Positions 56,996 to 64,000 of a DNA stretch of 64,000 nt are shown in pieces; the first letter of the stretch is position 1, and every line of letters starts with the position of its first letter. The notes below the pieces were generated by a model that was given only the letters and a program-made list of their open reading frames with translations, ran no database searches and was not told the DNA's origin. Origin of the DNA: a virus (lineage: Duplodnaviria; Caudoviricetes); IMG/VR virus record IMGVR_UViG_3300017527_001322, positions 1,843 through 65,842 of that record; one strand, written 5' to 3'. Both the position numbers and the translations under genes were made by a program.

Positions 56996-57854
56996 TGATG
57001 CTCATGAGCAGTTCCTGGACCCTCTTCACATTGGGCGACTTTGGCAAAACCGTGCCCATGTTGTACAGCGTCTGCCTCTCGGCCTCGGCCCACCCAAGTA
57101 AGTAGTCGTACTTGAATTCACCATGGAGCGTCTTGAGCACATATTCTTTCGTGCTGGCGTCAAGCACGGGGTTGAAGGAACCGGTTGCCAGCAAGGTGCG
57201 TCCTTGCAGAATCATCCTGACCAGGTTGGCGGCATGTTTGGTGTCATAGCCGTAGGCTGCTTCCAGCTTGGCACGAGCTGGGTTGCGCTCCTTCTTCCAG
57301 GTCTGGTAGTTTTTCCAGGTTCTGACAGCAGAGTTGTACCCGTTCTTGGCGTCGATGTGTGGAAACTCCAGCTTCTGGCCACCCTTTTCACCGGCGACAA
57401 CCTTGCCACCATACTCCCCCGGCACTGGCCGGTGAGTAGGCGGATTCTGGAGCCAGGCGTAGTGACGTTGGAGCCGCTTGAGCTGCGATGTGGCGTAGCC
57501 TGGAAACGTCCGGCGCACCCGCTGGCTCAGGAAGTCATGCCTGGCATGGTAGATGTCATGCCAGGCGCCAGATTCGACCTGCCAGGTTTCAGGTGGCGCG
57601 AACAAGAGCTCCAGAATGTTCGGGTTGGAGCCAAGGGCCAGCTTGGTGAACTTGTTGATGGCGTAGATGACGGTGTCTGACTCCTTCTCCTGGTACTGCT
57701 CGAAGTTGTCGAGACCCAGAAGAACCGTGGGCGGCATCAAAGTCACGCCCCTGGTGTCATAGTCGGAATCCTCCCGCTCGGTGCCGTAGAGCCGGCTGCC
57801 GGCGTAGATTCGGTGGATTGTGTTTTCGAGAGCCCATTCCTTGTAGTCCATCAC
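56958..57854 (-). CDS. Pol-beta-family nucleotidyltransferase (YcgL/RlaP-like)
   Basis: GSRLYG...SDYDTRG, NPNILELL and GYDTKHAANLVR motifs. Confidence 0.9.
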   Translation of the reverse strand: MMDYKEWALENTIHRIYAGSRLYGTEREDSDYDTRGVTLMPPTVLLGLDNFEQYQEKESDTVIYAINKFTKLALGSNPNILELLFAPPETWQVESGAWHDIYHARHDFLSQRVRRTFPGYATSQLKRLQRHYAWLQNPPTHRPVPGEYGGKVVAGEKGGQKLEFPHIDAKNGYNSAVRTWKNYQTWKKERNPARAKLEAAYGYDTKHAANLVRMILQGRTLLATGSFNPVLDASTKEYVLKTLHGEFKYDYLLGWAEAERQTLYNMGTVLPKSPNVKRVQELLMSINADTLYSEGYGG

Positions 57855-58046
57855 GCCCCCTCGTGGTCAATGAATCTGGTCGTGGTCCAGCAGGCATCTC
57901 CTACGTACCAACTGAATTCCTCTTCCCACTTGGCATGCACCAGCCAGCGAGTCTCCCTGAGGGTGAATTCACCAACGTGCACTAAGATAGACCTTGGCAG
58001 CCAGAGAAAACCAGAACGGATTCTTTTGTCGCCGTTCTTCCAGACC

Positions 58047-58319
58047 CTATTTGTCGTCTTCAACAATCACCCTCCTCAGGTTTGAAGCAGTGAACACAAC
58101 GGTACCAAAGCCACAATGGTCATCCGGTGCCACATGAATCCAAGGGCGGCCATGTGGGTTGTAGACCTCCACCACGGTGCCTGTGTTGCCATCGGAAAAC
58201 CGGAACTCCGCATGCAAGACATCGCCCTCGTGATAGCCTGTGTAGCCACCGGTACGTGGCTCGCCAGAGCCCCTGTTGATGACCTGCACCCGCTCGCCAA
58301 CTTTTGCGTTACGAATCAT
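58047..58319 (-). CDS. SH3-like hypothetical protein
   Basis: 'KVGERVQV...GTVVEV'. Confidence 0.55.
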   Translation of the reverse strand: MIRNAKVGERVQVINRGSGEPRTGGYTGYHEGDVLHAEFRFSDGNTGTVVEVYNPHGRPWIHVAPDDHCGFGTVVFTASNLRRVIVEDDK

Positions 58320-58594
58320 ACCACCAACCTCACCCCAAAGACATGGAACACCATGCCGTGTGGGGCCTGAACGGTACCCAGGAAGCGATGGTAGTCAAAA
58401 TCGCCATCTTCGCCGGTCCAGTAGACGTTGACCCGGTGTTTGGCTTTGCGCCCCAGAGGGTCAACGATGGCCCAGAGAACCAGGCCCTCGCCCTCCTGCC
58501 AGCCGGTAGAAAGTGGCCTGTTCTTGATGGGCATCTCGATGATGTTCTCACCGTGGCTAAGCCTGTACTTCCAGATGGTACCTTCTATCTTCAT
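58316..58594 (-). CDS. conserved small phage protein
   Basis: 'TIWKY.L...LWA.VD...TG...FLGTVQ...VFHVF'. Confidence 0.7.
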   Translation of the reverse strand: MKIEGTIWKYRLSHGENIIEMPIKNRPLSTGWQEGEGLVLWAIVDPLGRKAKHRVNVYWTGEDGDFDYHRFLGTVQAPHGMVFHVFGVRLVV

Positions 58595-58760
58595 TCGTCC
58601 TCCAGCATTCCGCCGATAAGGGTAACAGAGAAGCCAACCAGAAGGCCGGCCAAGAGCAAGAAGCCCAGACCAGCAACAATGCCCTCAGGTGCCAATTCGC
58701 CGATGGCGTAGCCGGCCAGGATGGCAAGTGCCAGGACGATGGTCGTGATTGCCACGTCTC

Positions 58761-59075
58761 TCACTTTGCCCCCGCTTCCTGATTGGCCGTGACTTCATCA
58801 AAGGCACGTTTGGCGGCTTCGTCCTGGCGCTCGGCGGCTTCGTCCAGGGCGTCATACAGCTTGATGCGCAACTTCAGGGAGAGACGTTTGCGCTGGCCGG
58901 CGTGATAGGTGGCCTGGTCGTTGTCGGTAGTTACTTGCTCCTGCGCCCTCTCCGCATCCATGCCAGACAGGGCGTACATGGTCAACTTGCCGATAGCCTG
59001 GTAGGTAGGCTCTCGCTCCCAGGAATCGAGAGCTTCGAGAATGATGTCGATTTCGCTTGCCGTGAAGTTACTCAT
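58761..59075 (-). CDS. hypothetical protein
   Basis: operon packing. Confidence 0.6.
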   Translation of the reverse strand: MSNFTASEIDIILEALDSWEREPTYQAIGKLTMYALSGMDAERAQEQVTTDNDQATYHAGQRKRLSLKLRIKLYDALDEAAERQDEAAKRAFDEVTANQEAGAK

Positions 59076-59424
59076 TCTTCACCCCGTTCCACAGGGCCAT
59101 CAGGTTGGCCTGGCTGACATGGGACCAACCCTCGCCCTTGCGTATCTCCACCCACAGCTCCATTGCGGCGAGGAGCTTGTCTGGATTGTCATAATCCCAG
59201 CCCTCTTCCAGGTCATTGTCCGGGTCTTGGGCGGCCTGCTCCATAATCATGCCACTGATGACTTTCTTGTAGAAGGGCACGATGATTCGCATGTCCTTCT
59301 CGTAGCCAGCACGACCGAAGCCTGCTGCGGTAGTAGATCCCCAGAAATCACACCTGGGAAAGGGCACAGCGCCCAGCAGGTCATTCAGGCGAAATAGGCG
59401 CAAACGGTCATTCTTGTTCAGCAT
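59068..59424 (-). CDS. hypothetical protein
   Basis: operon packing. Confidence 0.6.
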   Translation of the reverse strand: MLNKNDRLRLFRLNDLLGAVPFPRCDFWGSTTAAGFGRAGYEKDMRIIVPFYKKVISGMIMEQAAQDPDNDLEEGWDYDNPDKLLAAMELWVEIRKGEGWSHVSQANLMALWNGVKNE

Positions 59425-59762
59425 TCCCCACCCCCAAAGATTTCCATGGCCTCCTCGATGATGGCAACCCTGGACTTGACGAATTCGAACGCCTTGATGA
59501 CCGTCCCGGCAACAGCCTCCATCGGCGTGTCGTAGACCTCACGGTCAAGCCAGTAGCCCGGGGCTGAATTGGGGTGCTCTGGATTGCCGCTGAGCATGGC
59601 ATGATACTTTCCGCCAATGCTGGGCATAACCGTCAAGAGGCCGTTCCTGGCCTTGTAGTGCCAGCCGAGGTTCTCCCAGACCTCCCCGGTCCAGCCTTCA
59701 CCGGAGAGGTCCTCCAACATCTCAGCCAGGGCTTCTTCTGCCTCGTATCTGCTTTTCATCAA
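59418..59762 (-). CDS. hypothetical protein
   Basis: 'VWENLGWHY' phage motif. Confidence 0.65.
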   Translation of the reverse strand: MMKSRYEAEEALAEMLEDLSGEGWTGEVWENLGWHYKARNGLLTVMPSIGGKYHAMLSGNPEHPNSAPGYWLDREVYDTPMEAVAGTVIKAFEFVKSRVAIIEEAMEIFGGGEC

Positions 59763-61864
59763 ATCTTCACGTCGACTTGGCGCAGGTCCCAGTTCACGGT
59801 GTAGTTCTCGCCGTCGTAGGGAACCGTGGTTGTGGTTTCTGCCCGTGATTTGCCCGGGAACCAGGCTTTGGTCATGGCCATGACGAACTTTTGCTGCTGA
59901 ACCGCATCGTCAAGAGCCTTCTTGATACCTTCCAGCCTGTCAATCTCGGTCTTCAGCCAGTTGACCTGCTCTTTGAGCGGAGCGTTTTCCACATTGTGGT
60001 CGAAGTCAATCAGGCCCTCGTAAACAAGCCCTTCACGGGTGGTGAGCTTCTTCCCGGCCTCTATTTTCTTGCGAACATGGTTCAGGCTGGGCAGCGAGGC
60101 CATGCCGGCAATCTTGACCTGGAACTCGCGCATCGGCAGCACGTCAGTGGCCTCTTCTTGCTCAGTCGGCGGTGAGAAGGTGCCATTCCAGCTTATGCCG
60201 TTGGCCTTCAGCACTGCTTCCTGGTCTGGTGTGAGCGGTGTCTTCCTGAGAGCATCATCCGGGTCGATTTCCTTGAGAATGGTGCGCAGGCCCTTTAGCT
60301 TGCCTGCCAGGAACTGGCTCTTGACAGCCATCTCACCAAGGACAACATCGCTCATCAGGTCGCCCCGCTTGCCCCTGGAAAGCACCGGCACCCGGTCGAG
60401 ATGGAGAGTGAAGTAGGGGCGTTCGGCGATGCTGAGCACACCCATCTTGTCCAGCACGGCCCAGGTGACAGGGCCGCAGGTGACAGGCAGCGAGTCCATG
60501 TTGGGGTAGCCATTTGCTACAAGGGTATAATTGCGGAAGGTGGTGGTTGGCCACCATGGACTGAAGCCGACACCCTCGTAGGTCTTGCCATCCTCGGTGG
60601 CAACCTGCAGAGGAACCTGGCCATTAAAGCTGGCTCGGACACTGAGGTTCATGCGGTCCTGGTTCCACACCAGGTCTGTGAACGGCACACCGGGATTCCG
60701 CTCTTCCCTCACGAACTCCGGGTAACCCTCCTTGACCTTCGACTTGCGGCCAATGCGGCGGTACTCAAAGTCATCGTGGAATGGGTAGAACCTGGCTTCT
60801 GGGTCGGCGGCCAGGATGTCCAGAACGTCCAGCAGGTCTGGCGCGTTGGGGTCCGGGGCGCAGCCTATTCGGCGACCCTTCATAAACCGGTTCTCGGGCC
60901 TGAAGGCTGCCATAATTGCGGCCTCCGCACGGCCAAACTCGTCGAGCGTGATAGCGCTGCCCAGCATGTCGGCAATGGCCACATCTCCGATATCGGAGAT
61001 GATGTCCAGGGCGTCATCGGTCTTCCCGGTCTGCATGGCCACGAGGGCCGAGGCGTACATGGGCAGAACCTGGTCAGGTAGCTCATCAACCTCCACTGGG
61101 TCCGGCGAGGAGTAGTAGACATCGGCGCCGGTCGGGACGCTGGCCTTGCCATCGTCCACACTGTGGATGTTGACCCCAGAGTCTGTAAAGGTGAAGACCA
61201 CCTCAGCGTCGGACGGGATGGTGATGACGGTACGCTTCGTCCCACGGCTGACCGTCACCTTGCCAACCTCGTGGCCAAAGTCGGTGATGCGGTTGGCGTG
61301 CTGCATGATGCCGCCGAGCGTCTTGGCCATCATGGTGCAGAGGTCTCGGTTGTAGTAGTTGCCGTAGCCGACCACCAAAGCAGAGACGATGTCATCCTTG
61401 ACCCCATTGAGGGCCTTGAATATCATCTCCCGCTCCGTGCGCTGGTTCCTGACAACCGGGTGACCATCGGTAAGCAGTGAGAAGGTGATGCCATCTGCGC
61501 GGCCCTTCGTGTGCTCGATGACCGTAGCCATGTCTGTCAGAATCTCCGAGAAGCAGGTCGTGTTGCGACCGTAGGCATAGCGCCTGATAATTTCGGCCAC
61601 ATACTGGCGGTCACTGTCAGTGTCGAGCCTCACGCCCTTGACATACCAGTTCCAGTCACCCTCTCCAGAAAAGTCCCCGATGGACACAAAGTCACCATCA
61701 GGGATGTCTTTGAGTGCGTTGATAACATCCTCAGCGCACTGCTTGGCCACCCAGGACATCGAGCCCGAACGGTCAAGCACAATTATGTGATGCAAGACGC
61801 CGGCAACCACCCCGGCCACCGCAGCCCTCACCACTCCCAAGAAATTCTTCCCAATCGTCAGCAT
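59759..61864 (-). CDS. vWA (MIDAS) domain protein
   Basis: DRSGSM (DxSxS), T and LTDG motifs; long unknown C-terminal region. Confidence 0.88.
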   Translation of the reverse strand: MLTIGKNFLGVVRAAVAGVVAGVLHHIIVLDRSGSMSWVAKQCAEDVINALKDIPDGDFVSIGDFSGEGDWNWYVKGVRLDTDSDRQYVAEIIRRYAYGRNTTCFSEILTDMATVIEHTKGRADGITFSLLTDGHPVVRNQRTEREMIFKALNGVKDDIVSALVVGYGNYYNRDLCTMMAKTLGGIMQHANRITDFGHEVGKVTVSRGTKRTVITIPSDAEVVFTFTDSGVNIHSVDDGKASVPTGADVYYSSPDPVEVDELPDQVLPMYASALVAMQTGKTDDALDIISDIGDVAIADMLGSAITLDEFGRAEAAIMAAFRPENRFMKGRRIGCAPDPNAPDLLDVLDILAADPEARFYPFHDDFEYRRIGRKSKVKEGYPEFVREERNPGVPFTDLVWNQDRMNLSVRASFNGQVPLQVATEDGKTYEGVGFSPWWPTTTFRNYTLVANGYPNMDSLPVTCGPVTWAVLDKMGVLSIAERPYFTLHLDRVPVLSRGKRGDLMSDVVLGEMAVKSQFLAGKLKGLRTILKEIDPDDALRKTPLTPDQEAVLKANGISWNGTFSPPTEQEEATDVLPMREFQVKIAGMASLPSLNHVRKKIEAGKKLTTREGLVYEGLIDFDHNVENAPLKEQVNWLKTEIDRLEGIKKALDDAVQQQKFVMAMTKAWFPGKSRAETTTTVPYDGENYTVNWDLRQVDVKI

Positions 61865-61887
61865 CTCTACCTCCCTTTTAGGTTCTC

Positions 61888-62094
61888 TTAACAGCTTCCA
61901 TATCGAAAAGAAATAAAGCTCTCGTCACTCTCGAAAAAGCCCAACTTGTCTAGTGCAGCCCAGTCTTCGTCCGAGACCTCGGACGAGTCAACGTCTCATA
62001 TATAGAGCGTGTCACGCTCACAATGGAACGGGCGTGCCCAGTCGCCCTTCACGTACTTGCGGAAAATCTCCATCGCCTTCAGAAACTCGTCCAT
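61888..62094 (-). CDS. 68-codon ORF with an in-frame TGA at codon 33 (candidate selenoprotein or pseudogene)
   Basis: ATG directly follows the upstream TAG; reading through the TGA fills the gap to the vWA RBS; SECIS-like hairpin downstream of the TGA. Confidence 0.6.
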
Positions 62095-62310
62095 CTATAC
62101 CCCCCCCTTCAATGATTTGTACCATCTCTGGTACTGTCTTAGAAACTCACCTATCCCCGCATCCACGTCCATGTAGGGCTCTGGCGGGTCTCCAACCGGG
62201 ATAAATCCCAGCTCCGGCTGCTCTGGCCGTTCGTGCCACTTTATGACATAGACACCGACATGCGATACTGGCTCCTCGCTTGGGATTTCCACCGCTTCGA
62301 ACAATCTCAC
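62095..62310 (-). CDS. hypothetical protein
   Basis: GTGA overlap with the upstream gene. Confidence 0.6.
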   Translation of the reverse strand: MRLFEAVEIPSEEPVSHVGVYVIKWHERPEQPELGFIPVGDPPEPYMDVDAGIGEFLRQYQRWYKSLKGGV

Positions 62311-62582
62311 TCGCCCCTCCCCTGTGCGGCTTCTATGGTGTCTTGTATTTGCTCCGCTTCTGGTCTTTTCCAGTTGACAATTTGCCCAGTGTCTAGGTCA
62401 ATGCGCAAGATGAGATAGTCGCCATATTCACCAGGAATCCACGGTGGGACATAGCCATCGTATTCAGCAAGTTTTTCTCCGTGCTGATCAAAGATGGTAT
62501 AGAATCCTGCGTCACGGACCTTGGCATGGATTTCGACTTCTTTGGCTTCAACCTCAATGGTTTTCTTCATTCCTATCTTCAC
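62307..62582 (-). CDS. conserved small phage protein
   Basis: 'GYVP..IPGEYGDYLIL.ID..TGQI.NW'. Confidence 0.75.
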   Translation of the reverse strand: MKIGMKKTIEVEAKEVEIHAKVRDAGFYTIFDQHGEKLAEYDGYVPPWIPGEYGDYLILRIDLDTGQIVNWKRPEAEQIQDTIEAAQGRGE

Positions 62583-62661
62583 AGCTTCTCTCCCTTCATA
62601 CTGTGTCTGCTAACGCGCAATGTCAGCCACTGTCCCTGCGTCTGTCATCAACGAATGACAC

Positions 62662-63237
62662 TCATAGTTCCCACTGTTGAGCCATTGCCTTAGCAATGCC
62701 GGGGAACGTTTTGTCACGCTTCCTAGTTCGATTAGAATACCACTTCGGAAACCTTTTGCCGCCATGTATTACGAACTCACCTTGATCTACAATCTCAGTA
62801 GCGAGAAGCGGCGGCAAACCTTTGAGCCAGAGGCAGGTCTGCTTCGAGTATGAGTCACCGAATTGCCAGGGGTGAATGATTTGGTCTGGTTTCCGATAGA
62901 CCGTGCTCATTATGCCCACTGGATTCTCAACGACAATCTTGGGAATTGGCGCGTTGATGAACTCCATGAAAAAGTCTATCCCTGCCTGTTGTCGCCCGTC
63001 CTTCTGCTTTTCTGCCCACCACCTTGCCCCGCTCCTGGCCAAGTGTGTGCAGGGAGGAAACGCGATCAGCAAATCCCATCCATCATCTAGAATGGTCAAA
63101 ACATTCCCCTGAAAGTGAGGGCCAGGCTTTTCTGTAGGTAACAGGTCACAGGACATTGCATCGTGTCCCAGTTCCAGAAATTCATCCCTGACTATTCCGC
63201 TGTACTCACAAGCAATCAAAACGCGACTTGTTACCAT
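62662..63237 (-). CDS. short C5 DNA cytosine methyltransferase-like protein
   Basis: VLIACEYSG, FPPC catalytic motif, ENP and 'GIAKAMAQQW'. Confidence 0.8.
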   Translation of the reverse strand: MVTSRVLIACEYSGIVRDEFLELGHDAMSCDLLPTEKPGPHFQGNVLTILDDGWDLLIAFPPCTHLARSGARWWAEKQKDGRQQAGIDFFMEFINAPIPKIVVENPVGIMSTVYRKPDQIIHPWQFGDSYSKQTCLWLKGLPPLLATEIVDQGEFVIHGGKRFPKWYSNRTRKRDKTFPGIAKAMAQQWEL

Positions 63238-63282
63238 TGCTCTATATTGTCTTTTTCCTCCTTCAGTATAGGGTACATGTAT

Positions 63283-63310
63283 AGTATACCATGCAATCTG
63301 GAAATGTCAA
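63283..63310 (-). promoter_or_regulatory. sigma70-type promoter (TGGTATACT class)
   Basis: TTGACA-16-TATACT; AAGGAGG RBS downstream. Confidence 0.8.
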
Positions 63311-63329
63311 GCGTCCTGGCGGGTGCGAT

Positions 63330-63719
63330 TTACTCAGGTGGGGCAGTCCACCACATGCCGATAGTCACCCGGCACGTGTCGTCGAGGCTCACATGCTTGG
63401 CCACCGGCAGAGGTTTAATCTCTGTGATTTCACCATGGTGTATGATGGCCACACGGTCAACCACGCCCCAGTCTTTTTCAGCCATCGGGAATGTGGCTGG
63501 GTCCTCAGAGTGGCCGGTCCATGGAGCGATGGCCTTGATGACACCGTCTATGCCAATCAGGGCTACCTCCAGGCCTTCGACAGGACCGCCTGTAGCGGGT
63601 GATTCGCCGGTGCTCTCTGGGGCGACCTGGTCACCCCTCTTTGGTGCTGCAGCAACTGCAAGAGGTACAACTGCTGCTGACAGTTTCAGGAAATTTCGTC
63701 TGGATAACTCATTCGTCAT
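63330..63719 (-). CDS. Tat-signal protein with a gp80-like C-terminal domain
   Basis: SRRNFLK twin-arginine motif with a hydrophobic region; GGAGGTG RBS. Confidence 0.7.
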   Translation of the reverse strand: MTNELSRRNFLKLSAAVVPLAVAAAPKRGDQVAPESTGESPATGGPVEGLEVALIGIDGVIKAIAPWTGHSEDPATFPMAEKDWGVVDRVAIIHHGEITEIKPLPVAKHVSLDDTCRVTIGMWWTAPPE

Positions 63720-64000
63720 TTTCACCTCCCAGGGGGTCCTGGCCACAATCTCTCCCCCCCCCTCGCCGACCAGGCCGATTTCCAGGTTCTCGACTTGTGG
63801 GATTGGCCCTGCCCCGTTGCTACGTTGGATTAGTGTGGAAATGCCACCGAAACTACCGACCCCTGTCTTGTGCGTTGTCATCCCTTCCTCCCAGTAGTTT
63901 CTTCCTCGTACATCTCTGTGGCCAGTTGAGCAACCCGCCTGCCGGCCTCAGCTACGCCCAGCAATTGCTCCGTGCGGCCCATGTCTATAATCTCTTGCAG

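Noticed and set aside
62579-62665. Second readthrough ORF (MSVIR**QTQ...)
   Set aside because: Two consecutive TGA codons, no clear RBS and no comparable hairpin
1-64000. Genome-wide stop codon reassignment
   Set aside because: TGA, TAG and TAA all terminate well-packed genes, and I found only one convincing in-frame TGA

Overview
The window looks like most of a tailed, siphovirus-type and probably temperate bacteriophage genome. It is GC-rich, and the protein families suggest a Chloroflexota-like host, which is only an inference. Layout: (+) 1-4.4 kb small early genes, a tyrosine recombinase and an HTH protein; (-) 4.5-7.05 kb a degenerate tRNA-Thr, a candidate sRNA, a metallophosphoesterase and holin-like genes; (+) 7.2-17.2 kb regulators, replication initiator, DnaC-like loader and a Gp3-like protein; (-) 17.2-46.6 kb a complete head and tail module with a methyltransferase, a glycosyltransferase and membrane proteins inserted in it; (-) 46.9-64 kb a GH25 lysin, other glycan-acting proteins, RusA, a nucleotidyltransferase, a vWA protein, a cytosine methyltransferase and many small genes. 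Near-consensus sigma70 promoters are easy to read throughout. The top finding is an ORF missing from the supplied track (61888-62094, minus strand). It has one in-frame TGA followed by a hairpin whose AGGUCU tip matches the E. coli fdhF SECIS, making it a candidate phage selenoprotein. Other findings include a modular family of envelope proteins sharing a domain and a C-terminal helix, promoter-terminator-bounded RNAs with anti-Shine-Dalgarno motifs, two tRNA-like elements, structured leaders and shared operator motifs. Family assignments come from motif recognition, not database searches.
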